Below, one piece after another: positions 9,393 to 19,953 of a stretch of 64,000 nt of DNA. Each line of letters begins with the position of its first letter. Position 1 is the first letter of the stretch. The position numbers and the translations under genes are program-made. This stretch comes from an uncultured Thermoplasmata archaeon (GTDB lineage Archaea > Thermoplasmatota > Thermoplasmata > RBG-16-68-12): contig CAVYJM010000006.1 of NCBI GenBank assembly GCA_963768855.1, positions 416,001 to 480,000 on the forward strand, read 5' to 3'. The notes below the pieces were generated by a model. That model saw only the letters and a list, made by a program, of their open reading frames with translations. It did not search any database and was not told where the DNA came from.

Positions 9393-10616
9393 TCACAGGG
9401 TCGCGGCGCGAGGATCGGGTCGCCACGCCACCTTCCAAACCCTCCATAGTGCGGTGGGATCGTTCAGCGGGTCGCCGTGCACCAGGAAGAAGTCCGCGGG
9501 ACCGCCTTCGTGGATCCGCCCCGCCTCCGGTTCTCCGAGCAGTTCTCCTCCTCGGACCGTCGCCGAGGCGAGCGCCTCCCACGGCTTGAGCCCCGCCTCG
9601 ACGAGCGACTCGACTTCCCAGGCGAGATGATTCGCGCGGAGCGATCCGCCGCCGAAGTCGGTCCCGGTTGCGATTCGCACGCCCGCGTGGTGCGCCAGGC
9701 CGACGCTCTCGATGGCTCGCTCCCGTCGGCGCGCGACACGCTCGCGGCCCTCCTCCCCCACGAACCGGGGCAGGGTCGTGGTCTGGGCGAAGGATGCCCA
9801 CGACCGGAAGAGGGCCAGCGTGCTCACGAGGAACGTTCCCTGGCGCGCCATCTGGGCGGCCGCATCCGAATCCAACTCGAAGCCGTGTTCGAGGGAGTCG
9901 ATCCCCGCCTCGATTCCCACCCGCGCTCCGACGAGCGTGCCGGAGTGGGCGGTCACCTGCGCACCGCGAACGTGCGCGAGCTCGGCCACGGCCCGCACGT
10001 CCTCCGTCGACCAAGGCGCCTCCTCCTTCTTCGGCCCGTCCAGGTACAGTTTGAGGAAATCCGCGCCGTCCTCGAGCTGCTTCGTGGCGGCCGCGAGCAG
10101 CTGCGGGCCCTCGTCCGCTTCGACGGTCAGGCCTGCGGGCAGGACTCCGCTGTGGGCCAGCCACGTCCCGGCGACCCGCATCCGCGGCCGCGTGGGGTCC
10201 TTCTGCCATCGATCGCGCACCCGGAGCGCGAGGGCGCGTCGCTGGCCGTCCGCGGCATCGACCGCGGCGGGGGATCCGACATCCCGCGCCCACCTTACGC
10301 CGGCCTGACCGAGGAGGTCCCCATTGTGCTCGGCCACATCCAGCAGCTCCTCGGGGGCATCGAAGCCGCGGTCGATCCAGTGCGAGCCTCCCGGGAGCGT
10401 GACGTGGCTGTGCGCGTCGACCATGCCGGGGACGATCGTCGATCCGCCTGCATCGATCACCCGGACCCCTGAGGGAACGGGCCCCTCCTCCGCCGTCGGG
10501 CGGATCCAGACCACACGGCCGTTCTCGACGAGCACGCTCACGCCCTTCCGGAGGGTCGGACCGCTTCCGTCGGCGAGGGCGGCATCACGATACAGAACCG
10601 AGGGGGAAGGCGCCAT
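9393..10616 (-). CDS. Metal-dependent amidohydrolase (Xaa-Pro dipeptidase-like subfamily)
   Basis: TIVPGMVDAHSH, GADFLK, VTAHS, GIDSLEHG, IATGTDFG, ADFFLVHGDP. Confidence 0.88.
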   Translation of the reverse strand: MAPSPSVLYRDAALADGSGPTLRKGVSVLVENGRVVWIRPTAEEGPVPSGVRVIDAGGSTIVPGMVDAHSHVTLPGGSHWIDRGFDAPEELLDVAEHNGDLLGQAGVRWARDVGSPAAVDAADGQRRALALRVRDRWQKDPTRPRMRVAGTWLAHSGVLPAGLTVEADEGPQLLAAATKQLEDGADFLKLYLDGPKKEEAPWSTEDVRAVAELAHVRGAQVTAHSGTLVGARVGIEAGIDSLEHGFELDSDAAAQMARQGTFLVSTLALFRSWASFAQTTTLPRFVGEEGRERVARRRERAIESVGLAHHAGVRIATGTDFGGGSLRANHLAWEVESLVEAGLKPWEALASATVRGGELLGEPEAGRIHEGGPADFFLVHGDPLNDPTALWRVWKVAWRPDPRAATL

Positions 10617-10672
10617 CGTCCACCCGGATGCCTCACGCCCCTTAAGGGATGTGCCGATTCGCCGGGTGCCGG

Positions 10673-11122
10673 TCACGCCGAGTAAGAGGCCGACTCGAGC
10701 GTCCTACGGAGTCGTCGTGCGAGCTCGGCGACGGCCTCCGCGTTCCCGCGAGGCGCCTCGGGCCAGTCGCCTAGGTTCAAGCGCCAGTACTCCTCCGGCA
10801 CGCCACGGTACCGCGCGACGACGAGACAGTGGAAGTGGGGCACCTTCTCGCCGAAGACGTACGTGTACACCTTCTCCGCCCCGACGACCGCCTTCAGCGC
10901 GCGGGCGAGGCGGGTGGCCGTGAGGCCGACCGCTTGCGCCTCCTCGTCCGTCAGCTCGGCGACGCCTGCGGCATGGCGTTTCGTCTGGATGAAGAGATAC
11001 CCCAGGTACTCGGTCTCTTCGTCCATGTAGTGGCTCGCGTGGACGAGGTCGTCCTCGTAAATCGCGCCGCCGGGGATCGCGAGGGGATTCTGGAGCCGAT
11101 CGCAGAAGGGGCAGGAGGCCAT
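10673..11122 (-). CDS. HIT-family protein
   Basis: N-terminal CPFC, GYLFIQTKRH, GEKVPHFHCLVVARY (HxH plus a variant third position). Confidence 0.85.
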   Translation of the reverse strand: MASCPFCDRLQNPLAIPGGAIYEDDLVHASHYMDEETEYLGYLFIQTKRHAAGVAELTDEEAQAVGLTATRLARALKAVVGAEKVYTYVFGEKVPHFHCLVVARYRGVPEEYWRLNLGDWPEAPRGNAEAVAELARRLRRTLESASYSA

Positions 11123-11305
11123 GGGACGGTGGAAGCGGCCCGAGTCATAAACCTGCTCCCGCCCCAGGGGGGGGCCGGCACGACGGCGACGATCCGCATC
11201 GGGCGCGCAACCTTCTTAGTCGTCGCTCGATTTCAGGTCGGCGCACGGAGTGCCTCGGCCGAGCCGTTCGCGAAGGCCCTAGGCCCCCGCGCTGAGGTTG
11301 CGGAC

Positions 11306-11893
11306 GTGCCGGAAGACTTGCATCTGGATCCCAAGCGACTTGCCCTCGTGGTGATTGACCTGCAGAAGGGGATTGTGAGTGTGCCCGGGGCGCCCCACGG
11401 CACCGCGAGCGTCGTGGCGAACGCCGCCCGGCTCGCGGACGCCTGCCGCTCTCGCGGCGCGTACGTGGTCCTCGTCCACGTGGGACCTTCCCCCGACGGG
11501 AAGGATGCGTTGCACCCCGTCACGGATCCGCAGCCCGCGCGGCCGCCCCCGGCTCCCGGGTGGGACGAGATCGTCCCCGAGCTCGGTCCCAAGCCCGGGG
11601 ACCACGTCGTCCGCAAGAGGCAGTGGGGCGCCTTCTATGGCACAGACCTCGACCTCCAGCTCCGGCGGCGAGGGGTCGACACGATCGTCCTCTGCGGCAT
11701 CGCGACGAACTACGGGGTGGAGAGCACCGCCCGCGACGCCTACGAGCGCGGCTTCCACCAGATCTTCGTAGAGGACGCCTGCACGTCCCGAGCGGCCGAG
11801 GACCACGCGTTCACGTTCCGGGCCATCCTCCCGCGGATCGGCCGCGTCCGGAGCACGGAGGACGTGCTCAAGGCGCTCCGCCCGGCCGCCTGA
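11306..11893 (+). CDS. Isochorismatase-family cysteine hydrolase
   Basis: ALVVIDLQKGI, KRQWGAFYGTDLDLQLRRRG, GIATNYGVESTAR; GTG start inferred. Confidence 0.9.
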   Translation: MPEDLHLDPKRLALVVIDLQKGIVSVPGAPHGTASVVANAARLADACRSRGAYVVLVHVGPSPDGKDALHPVTDPQPARPPPAPGWDEIVPELGPKPGDHVVRKRQWGAFYGTDLDLQLRRRGVDTIVLCGIATNYGVESTARDAYERGFHQIFVEDACTSRAAEDHAFTFRAILPRIGRVRSTEDVLKALRPAA

Positions 11894-11930
11894 GTGTCGA
11901 CTCCTCTACGATTCATCCGGCACGGCGAGC

Positions 11931-14557
11931 TCACGTCTGGAGTTCGACGGGCAGGGGGCGGCCGCGGGGCCGGTGCGCCCCCTTCTCGAAGGGCGTGCGC
12001 CCGTAGAACCAGTGCTTCATGAGCTCAACGAGGACCAGATAGACGGCCACCATCGCGACGAGGAGTAGGAGGAACTCGGCAGGCAGCGGGATGAAGCCGA
12101 AGAGGGCGCCGAGCGGGCGTGAAGGGGATAACCCAGGCGAACGCCACGACGCCGATGCTCCCGGCCGCGAGGATGCGGCTCGGGCGGCTCTTGAAGAACG
12201 GAATCTTCCTCGTCCGAATCACGAAGATGACGAAGGTCTGCGTCGACAGGGACTCCACGAACCACGCGGTCTGGAAAAGGGCCGCCTTGTCCGGCGTTCC
12301 CGCGGAGAACAGGAAGATCATGATGCCGAAGGTCAGGAAGTCGAAGATCGAGCTGATGGGTCCGAAGGCGAGCATGAAGTTCCGGATGAAGTGGATGTCC
12401 CACTTCCGCGGCTGCTCCACGTACTCCGCGTCGACGTGGTCCGTCGGGATGCCTAGCTCCGAGGTGTCGTAGAGGAGGTTGTTCAGGAGGATCTGGGTCG
12501 GGAGCATCGGCAGGAACGGGAGGAAGACGGCCGCGCCGGCGGCACTGAACATGTTGCCGAAGTTCGAGCTCGTCCCCATCATGATGTACTTCATCGTGTT
12601 CCCGAACGTCCGGCGGCCCTCGAGCACGCCCTCGCCGAGCACCGTCAGGTCCTTCTTGAGGAGGATGATGTCCGCGGACTCCTTCGCGACGTCCACGGCG
12701 GTGTCCACGGAGATGCCGACGTCCGCCTCCTTGAGCGACGGCGCGTCGTTGATTCCGTCGCCGAGGAAGCCGACGGTGTGGCCGTTCTCCTTCAGGATCG
12801 TGATGATCCGATCCTTCTGGTCCGGCGTCACGCGGGTGAAGACGTTGGCCTCCTCGACGAGGAGGGAGAGCTTCTCGTCGGTCATGCCCGACGATCTCGT
12901 TCCCCGTGACGATGCTCTTGATCTGGAAGCCGAGCTGTGGGCACACGCTCTCCGTGACGAGCTCGTTGTCCCCGGTCAGGATCTTCAGTTCGATCCGCGC
13001 GCGCTTCAGGAGCGCGAGGGCCTCCTTCGCCGACACCTTGGGCGGGTCGAGGAAGGCCACGAATCCCAGGAAGACCATGTCGTGCTCGTCGTCGATCGTG
13101 TAGCTGGTCTCTTCGGCGGTCAGCGGTTTGTAGGCGATTCCGAGGACGCGGAAGCCCTGGAGACTCAGGTCGTAGTAGATCTCCTCGACCCGTCTGCGGA
13201 GGTCGGATTTCAGCACCACGATCTGGCCGCGCAGTTCCGCCTGTGTGCACACTCGGAAGATCTCCTCCGGGGCGCCCTTCGTCGCGAAGAACCGTTCGCC
13301 GTCGTGCTGGACGACGACGGAGACGCGCTTCCGGATGAAGTCGAACGGGATCTCGTCGATCTTGACGTACGCGGACACGTCCGGCACCTCATGGGCCAAG
13401 ACGGCTTCGTCGAGCGGGCTCTTGAGCCCCGTCTGATGGCGGCTGTTCAGGAAGGCGTAGCGGAAGACACGCTCGCTTTCGTTCCCCTCGACGTCCGGGT
13501 GGCGGATGAGCTTGATTTTGTTCTCCGTCAGCGTCCCGGTCTTGTCCGTGCACAGGACGTCCATGCTGCCGAAGTCCTGGATCGAGGCGAGTCGCTTCAC
13601 GATCACGTCCTTGTGGGACATGTTCACCGCGCCCTTCGAGAGGTTCACGGTGAGGATCATCGGCAGGAGCTCCGGCGTCAGTCCGACGGCCAAGGCGACC
13701 GCGAACAGGAGGGACTCCAGGACATCCTTCCGAAGGAGGGCGAGGATGAAGAAGACGAAGAGCACGAGGGCCATCGTGACCTCCATGATCAGGATGCCGA
13801 ACTGCCGCAGGCCGCGGGCGGACTCCGCCTCGCGATCGCGGGGCACGAGCTTCTGAGCGATCTGTCCGTACTCCGTGGCGCCCCCGGTCTTCACGACGAC
13901 CGCCGTGGCGGTTCCGCTCACGACGGAGGTCCCGAGGAAGGCCTCGTCATGCCACTCCGATAACCCGACCGAGGCGGAGGCAACCGGGGTCGCGGTCTTC
14001 TCGGCAGGGAAGGACTCCCCCGTGAGCGTGGATTCGTCAACGAAGAAGTCCCTCGCCGCGATGATGCGAACATCCGCGGGAATGAGGTCTCCCGCGGAGA
14101 GATACACGATATCGCCGGGGACGATTTCGGGGAGCGAGATCTCCTTCTTCGCGCCGTCCCGGAAGACGCTTGCCGTCGTGGTGATCCGCGCGGACAGGCT
14201 CTCCGCGGCCTTCTCCGCCTTCCGCTCCTGGTAGAAGTTCAGGCAAACGCTGACCAGCACCATGATGAAGATGATGATCGCGTTGATCTGCTCCCCGAGG
14301 AAGCCCGAGACCAGGCCCGCGGCCATGAGGATGATCACGAGCGGGTTGCGGAACAAGAGGGCGAAGGCCATCACGGCCGTGCGCTTCTTCCGGCGCGCTA
14401 GGGCGTTCGGCCCGTAGGTCTCGAGGCGCTTCCCCGCCTCCTCCGTGCTCAAGCCGCGCTCGGAGGTCGCGAGTCGCCGGTACAGCTCGTCGGTCGGCAG
14501 GCTGAGGAATTCCCTCGCATCAGGCGCTGGCTGGATCGCGCTGGTCGCCCGTCTCGT
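11931..14557 (-). pseudogene. mgtA: Mg2+-importing P-type ATPase interrupted by two +1 frameshifts
   Basis: DESTLTGES, PELLP, DKTGTLT, TGDN in one frame; MTDEKL..GDGINDAPSL..KYIMMGTSSNFGN in a second frame (shift near 12887); LGALFGFIPLP..LVELMKHWFY in a third (shift near 12115). The start is uncertain; only ACG at 14557 follows a GGTGA SD. Confidence 0.85.
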
Positions 14558-14713
14558 GCCCTCTCACCTACGTGTGTCGCCCCCGGACGGCTTAGAGGCC
14601 ATGCAGGTAAGGGGCGGTTTCAAGGCTTGGCTCTTACTGAAAGGGCTCGGGGGTCGTTGTAACGCGTGGATCGAAGCGTCAGGGTTTTGACGTCGTTCGG
14701 GGTTGACCCTGTC

Positions 14714-15181
14714 GTGCCCGAACCTGAAGTGCCGCCCGCGGGGAATCCGGCGCCCTCGGCCAAGACTGCTGTCCCGCGTGCCGCCGTGCTCGGAGACGCG
14801 AAGATCACGATCGATGCCCCGGCGTTCAAGGTGTTCGCGGCCCTCACGGAACCGGACCAGCTCGCCGCATGGTGGGGCCAGGATGCGCTCGTCGAGGCGG
14901 ACGAGGGTGGCCGCTATGAAACGACCCTCCCCGTCGGCCGCGTCGAGGGAACAATCATCGCGATCGACGGGCCCGGGACGCTGACGTTCACCTGGCCCCT
15001 CATGGCCGAGGGCATCTCCGTTGCCACGAGCGTCCATTACGCCCTGTCGCCAATGGGCCCGCAGACCGCGGTGCACGTCGCCCACCGCGCCCCGCGGGAG
15101 GTCCCCGGGGAGTGGACCGCGCTGTGGCAGTCCGTCCTCGAGTCGCTCAAGGCCTACGTCGAAGGAGTCTCAACCGGATAG
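14714..15181 (+). CDS. SRPBCC/AHSA1-like protein
   Basis: ITIDAPAFKVFAALTEPDQLAAWWG, GGRYE, PGTLTFTW, C-terminal W...LESLKAYVE. Confidence 0.85.
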   Translation: MPEPEVPPAGNPAPSAKTAVPRAAVLGDAKITIDAPAFKVFAALTEPDQLAAWWGQDALVEADEGGRYETTLPVGRVEGTIIAIDGPGTLTFTWPLMAEGISVATSVHYALSPMGPQTAVHVAHRAPREVPGEWTALWQSVLESLKAYVEGVSTG

Positions 15182-15277
15182 ACGCCTTGCGGTCCCCGCA
15201 AGGGCAACCTCTTAAGGGCAACCGAAGACTCCCGAATCGATGGGCCGGGCCTCGGTCGTTCACGGGAGACGTTGGGC

Positions 15278-15790
15278 ATGGAGAAGCATCGGTTGACGGA
15301 CGGACTCAATCGGATGGACGTGGCGGAGCTACGGGAGGAAGTGGACCAGTTCAAGGAGAACCCGGAGAAGTGCAACATCGTGCGCACGATGACCGCCGAG
15401 TGGCTCGGCGGGACCCGCGCCCGCATCGCAGGCAAGAACAAGGTGCTCCATGTCGGAGGGCCGGAGGATTTCGGCGCGATGAGCGTCGCCCTCGCGAGCT
15501 TCCTCGCCTGCGAGCTCGATGTGATCGCGACCCACGCGACCCTTCGCGGTATTGAGCTGGAGAAGCTCGCCGTGGAAGGGACGGGACGGTTCAACAACGC
15601 TCGCTATATGGGAATGGCCGCTGGGCCGCGTCCCGGGTACGAGAGTGTCGACTACACCGTGCGAATCAAGGCGAAGAACGCGACCCCGGAGCAACTGCGG
15701 GATCTTGTGAGCCTGTGCGAGACCGCCTCGCCGGTCGGGGACACGCTCGTCCGTCCAGTGAAAGTCAGCCTGCACACGGTCATCGAGTAG
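15278..15790 (+). CDS. OsmC-family protein
   Basis: ALASFLACELD..ATLRGIELEKLAVEG..G; CETASPVGDTL.RPV. Confidence 0.82.
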   Translation: MEKHRLTDGLNRMDVAELREEVDQFKENPEKCNIVRTMTAEWLGGTRARIAGKNKVLHVGGPEDFGAMSVALASFLACELDVIATHATLRGIELEKLAVEGTGRFNNARYMGMAAGPRPGYESVDYTVRIKAKNATPEQLRDLVSLCETASPVGDTLVRPVKVSLHTVIE

Positions 15791-15899
15791 GCGCGTCGCG
15801 ATCCCCGTTCTCGCGGGCGCTCCTCCGGAGGATGCGGCAAGGTGTCGCCTTTCTCCAGGGTCAGGTAACCCTAAATAACGGTAGCCCATACGGTCCACC

Positions 15900-16166
15900 A
15901 TGATCTTCGTCACCCTGGTGAAGTTCCGGAGGAAACCAACAAAGGCGGATCAGGCGGAAACGGCCAAGATGTTCGCGCAACAGGAGAAGCTGGGGGTCAA
16001 GAACCTGAGCATCTACTGGACGTTCGGCCGGTACGATGCGATTCGCATCTTCGAAGCCCCTGACGAGAAGGTTGCGATGAAGGCCCTCACGAAAGCGCCC
16101 GACTATGTCGTCACGGAGACGATGGTCGCCCTGCGCCGAGAGGACGCGGAGAAGCTGCTGGACTAG
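15900..16166 (+). CDS. GYD-domain protein
   Basis: GVKNLSIYWTFGRYDAIRIFEAPD, TETMVA; TAAATA box about 28 bp upstream, so likely leaderless. Confidence 0.88.
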   Translation: MIFVTLVKFRRKPTKADQAETAKMFAQQEKLGVKNLSIYWTFGRYDAIRIFEAPDEKVAMKALTKAPDYVVTETMVALRREDAEKLLD

Positions 16167-16252
16167 TGTAGAAGCCCCGTAGGCGTCGCGCCAGGCGACC
16201 CCTAGCGAGGTCAGCCTGCCCTCCCATCCCGGCTCGACGCGTGATCCTCGCT

Positions 16253-16882
16253 TCACGCGGTCGGGATCAGGTGGGTGCAAATGGAGTCTCCGTCGACGAT
16301 CCACTTCCCGCGGCGGACCTCCGGGGCGCCCGTCGCTGAACGAAGAATCTCTGAGTGGAGGGCTTGGCACACCAGCTCCCGATGCGCCTTGGCGGTGCGC
16401 AGGATCGGGCAGTTGTGGCTCGTGATGGTGCACGTGTTCCCGTGCTCGGACAAGGTCGGCTCGAAACCCAAGCCCTCCAGGCCCGCGACGAGCCTCCGCA
16501 GGTGCGCGCGGTCGGTGCCGGGCTCCGGGACTGCAGATCGGGCGAACCCCTGGGCTACGCGGTGGAGTGTCCGACGCGCGTGGGCTTCTCCCCCGCCTCG
16601 GACGATCTCCGCCACGAGGGCGTTGAGGACCGCGTCGTAGTGCCGCGGGAAAAGCTCCTGGCCCTCGTCCGTGAGGGCGTAGAACTTCTTCGGTCGCCCG
16701 GGTCCGGCCCGCTCGAACCGCTCGCTTACAACCCCCATCGCCTTCAGGCGTTCGAGGTGTTTGCGCGTCGCGCTGACCTGAATTCCCTCGAGAGAGGCAA
16801 GCTGGACCGCTGTCTGCGGTCCCTTGAGTAGATGTTTGACGATGTGTGTCCTCGTGGTTCCGAGGAGGGGGATCTTGTCCAT
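16253..16882 (-). CDS. ArsR-like HTH transcription regulator with C-terminal sensor domain (SufR-like architecture)
   Basis: TRTHIVKHLLKGPQTAVQLA..IQVSATRKHLERL..G.V, GPGRPKKFYALT, HNCP...VC. Confidence 0.8.
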   Translation of the reverse strand: MDKIPLLGTTRTHIVKHLLKGPQTAVQLASLEGIQVSATRKHLERLKAMGVVSERFERAGPGRPKKFYALTDEGQELFPRHYDAVLNALVAEIVRGGGEAHARRTLHRVAQGFARSAVPEPGTDRAHLRRLVAGLEGLGFEPTLSEHGNTCTITSHNCPILRTAKAHRELVCQALHSEILRSATGAPEVRRGKWIVDGDSICTHLIPTA

Positions 16883-16910
16883 GGTGGGCTCTCGGCGCAC
16901 TCAGGTGGTT

Positions 16911-16970
16911 TAGACACTGCAAGGTATTTAAACTTCGCATGCCATCTGCTTAGGCACCAAAAGGTGTCTA
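16911..16970. promoter_or_regulatory. Divergent promoter with two 20-bp palindromic operator boxes and a shared TATA
   Basis: TAGACACTGCAAGGTATTTA (16911-16930) and TAGGCACCAAAAGGTGTCTA (16951-16970), 40 bp apart; TATTTAAA at 16925-16932. Confidence 0.7.
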
Positions 16971-16971
16971 T

Positions 16972-17649
16972 ATGGTACGGGAAGGAAGAGAACGAAAGGG
17001 TTGGAGCGGGAGGCGCAAGGCCCTCGTCACCGCCGTGGCTGCTCTCCTTGCAGTCACCGCGATTGCGACGGCGGCCTACGCGAGCGGACCGAAGATGTCG
17101 ACGCTGGCCTTCCACGACGCGATGCGGAAGCTATGGGAAGACCACGTGACCTGGACGCGCCTGGCGATCGTAGACGTCGCCGCGGGCGCACCGGACACGC
17201 AACAGACCGTGGCACGGCTGCTGCAGAACCAGGTCGACATCGGGAATGCCGTGAAGCCGTTCTACGGCGACGCGGCGGGGAGCCAGCTCACGTCGCTGCT
17301 GACGACGCACATCGTGTTGGCGGCGAACATCCTCGTGGACGCGAAAGCGGGCGACACGACGGGCGTGAACGAGAACGTCACCGCGTGGTACGCGAACGCG
17401 AATGATATCGCAGCGTTTCTGAGCGGCGCGAACCCGAAGAACTGGCCCCTGGACGCGATGCAGTCCATGATGAAGACGCACCTGGACCTCACCCTGAAGG
17501 AGGGCGTCGCCCAGCTGACCGGGGACTATGCGACGAGCATCTCGACGTATGATCAGGTGCACTTGGAGATTCTCCAGATGGCGGACATGCTCAGTGCCGG
17601 GATCGTCGCCCAGTTCCCGAGCATGTTCAACGGTCCTCTCCCGATGTAG
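16972..17649 (+). CDS. Exported helical protein of unknown function (His/Met-containing, possible Tat signal)
   Basis: SGRRKAL, a hydrophobic stretch and AYA cleavage site; AFHDAMRKLWEDHVTWTR, MQSMMKTHLDLT. Confidence 0.75.
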   Translation: MVREGRERKGWSGRRKALVTAVAALLAVTAIATAAYASGPKMSTLAFHDAMRKLWEDHVTWTRLAIVDVAAGAPDTQQTVARLLQNQVDIGNAVKPFYGDAAGSQLTSLLTTHIVLAANILVDAKAGDTTGVNENVTAWYANANDIAAFLSGANPKNWPLDAMQSMMKTHLDLTLKEGVAQLTGDYATSISTYDQVHLEILQMADMLSAGIVAQFPSMFNGPLPM

Positions 17650-17771
17650 GGAGCGGACCGACTCATCTTTTTTCGGCTCTCTCTTTCATCCGGTTCGCCC
17701 GGCACCCATCCGTGTCAGCTGGCAAAGAGTCAAGTCTGACGAAGCTCTCGCAGGGCTCGAGCCGAGATACC

Positions 17772-18614
17772 ATGGCGACGAGCCTTGAAGGTCGCGTGTG
17801 CGTGGTGACGGGTCCGACCTCGGGGATCGGGAAGGAGACCGCGCACGGGCTCGCACGGCTCGGGGCCCAGCTGGTCCTCGCCTGCCGAGATGTGGCGAAG
17901 GGCGACGCGGTGCGTCAGGAGATCAACGCCGAGTCGGGAAACTCGCGCGTGGAGGTCCGGAAGATCGACCTCGCGGATCCTGTATCCATTCGCGCCTTTG
18001 CCGAGGATTTCCAGGCGACCCATACGCGACTCGATGTCCTCGTCAACAATGCAGGCGTCCTGTCGTTCGGTCGGCGGCTGACCCCGGCGGGTGTCGAGAG
18101 CCATTTTTCGGTCAACGTCCTGGCCCCGTTCCTGCTCACCAACCTCCTGCTCCCCGTCCTGAAGGCGAGCGCACCCTCCCGCGTCATCAACGTCGGCTCG
18201 GCGACCCATTTCAACGGTCACGTGGACTTCACCAATCTCCAGGGAGAACGAGACTTCCACTTCCTCCGCGCCTACAGCAGCTCCAAGCTCGAGATTCTCC
18301 TCCTCACGTACGAGTTGGCACGGAGGCTCCAAGCGACTGGAGTGACCGTGAACTGCGTCCATCCGGGCACGATCCGCACGGATCTCTACAACGGCCTTCC
18401 CGTGGCGTTCCGGTTTGTCAAGTTCTTTCTGCGGAGCCCGGCCATCGGGGCCGCGCCGATTGTTTGGCTCGCCTCGGCCCCGGAGGTCCGGGACGTCAGC
18501 GGCCGCTACTTCGATCGGCTCAAGGAGGCCCGTTCCGCCGAGGAATCCTACGACGTCGACCTCGCGAGGAAGCTCTGGTCCGTGTGCGAAGGTCTCGTCG
18601 GCGCGGTCGGCTGA
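17772..18614 (+). CDS. Short-chain dehydrogenase/reductase (retinol dehydrogenase-like)
   Basis: TGPTSGIG, LDVLVNNAG, NVGS, YSSSK (YxxxK), VHPG.IRT. Confidence 0.92.
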   Translation: MATSLEGRVCVVTGPTSGIGKETAHGLARLGAQLVLACRDVAKGDAVRQEINAESGNSRVEVRKIDLADPVSIRAFAEDFQATHTRLDVLVNNAGVLSFGRRLTPAGVESHFSVNVLAPFLLTNLLLPVLKASAPSRVINVGSATHFNGHVDFTNLQGERDFHFLRAYSSSKLEILLLTYELARRLQATGVTVNCVHPGTIRTDLYNGLPVAFRFVKFFLRSPAIGAAPIVWLASAPEVRDVSGRYFDRLKEARSAEESYDVDLARKLWSVCEGLVGAVG

Positions 18615-18635
18615 CCGTCGGTTCGCACGGGGTGC

Positions 18636-19865
18636 TCAGCGGAACCGCCGATGGCCGCGCTGGTCGCGTCTCCCCTGCCCCGGCGGGCGTCGCCCGCCCT
18701 CACGGCCGTGCACCTTCGGCGGAGGCGGTGCGCGGTAATCGAAGTCCGGGAGCGTCACGCGCGGAATGGTCTTCCCGAGGGCCTTCTCGATCCCGCGCAG
18801 ATCGCCCTCGTCCTCCGGGGTGACGAAGGTGATCGCCTCGCCTTCCGCCTCGACCCGGCCTGTCCTCCCGACGCGGTGGATGTAGTCCGTGGGGACCATC
18901 GGCACGTCGTAGTTGATCACATGGGTGATCCCTTCGACGTCCAGGCCTCGTGCCGCGACGTCCGTTGCGACCAGGATCTGGTGACGCCCACTCCGGAACC
19001 CCTCGAGGGCTGAGTCCCGCTGGCTCTGGCTGCGGTCCCCGTGGATCCGCGCAACGGGAAAGCCGGACGCCCCGAGCTGGCGAGCGACGCGGTCCGCGCG
19101 CCGCTTCGTGCGGACGAACACGAGCACGGACAGCATGTCCTCCCGGCCTAGGAGCTCCGCGAGCAGCGCGGTCTTCAGGTGCTGGGGCACCGGGTACACC
19201 TCATGCCGGATCTTCGGCGGCGGACGGTGCGGCGGCGACACGGCGATCCGCGCCGGGTCCTTCATGATACTGCGCGACAGGGACTCGATCTCTTGCTCCA
19301 TCGTCGCCGAGAACAGGAGGGTCTGCCGCTCCCGGGGCAGCGCGGAGATGATCCGGCGCACATCCGGCAGGAAGCCCATGTCGAGCATCCGGTCCGCCTC
19401 ATCGAGGACGAGCACCTGGAGCCCGCGGAAGTCCACGTTGCGGCGGTTCATGTGGTCCAGGAGGCGGCCGGGCGTGGCGATGACCACGTCGACGCCGCTG
19501 CGGAGGGCGTGCTCCTGGGGTGCCATCCCGACGCCGCCGTACACGGACTGCCCTCGGATCCGCGTCCCCTTCCCGAGCTGACGGAACGCCGCCTCGGTCT
19601 GGGCCGCGAGCTCGCGGGTCGGAGAGAGGATGAGCGCGCGGGTCTTGCCCGAGGGCTGCTTCATCAATCGCTGGAGGATCGGAAGGACGAACGCGGCGGT
19701 CTTGCCCGAGCCCGTCTGGGCCGTTCCGATGACGTCCCGACCCTTGAGGATCGCGGGAATGGCCTCCCGCTGGATCGGCGTCGGGGCCTCGTAGCCCATC
19801 GCGTACACGGCCTTGAGGAGGACGGACTCGAGGCCGAGGTGGTCGAACGCTGCCTTATCTTGCAT
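18636..19865 (-). CDS. DEAD-box RNA helicase (RhlE-like)
   Basis: Q motif PTPIQ, AQTGSGKT, PTRELA, TPGRLLDH, DEAD, SAT, HGDRSQSQR, HRVGRTGR. Confidence 0.95.
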   Translation of the reverse strand: MQDKAAFDHLGLESVLLKAVYAMGYEAPTPIQREAIPAILKGRDVIGTAQTGSGKTAAFVLPILQRLMKQPSGKTRALILSPTRELAAQTEAAFRQLGKGTRIRGQSVYGGVGMAPQEHALRSGVDVVIATPGRLLDHMNRRNVDFRGLQVLVLDEADRMLDMGFLPDVRRIISALPRERQTLLFSATMEQEIESLSRSIMKDPARIAVSPPHRPPPKIRHEVYPVPQHLKTALLAELLGREDMLSVLVFVRTKRRADRVARQLGASGFPVARIHGDRSQSQRDSALEGFRSGRHQILVATDVAARGLDVEGITHVINYDVPMVPTDYIHRVGRTGRVEAEGEAITFVTPEDEGDLRGIEKALGKTIPRVTLPDFDYRAPPPPKVHGREGGRRPPGQGRRDQRGHRRFR

Positions 19866-19953
19866 CGGCTGCGGTAGGTCGTCCCTCTCTTAAGGGTATG
19901 TCTGGGATGTCGCCGCCGGGTCCTCGCGAGGCAGCGGACTTCGTGGAGCCCGC

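Noticed and set aside
7541-9589. 682-aa plus-strand ORF spanning cydA and the DUF4382 gene
   Set aside because: Antisense or off-frame shadow crossing two real genes and a promoter; no recognisable domain.
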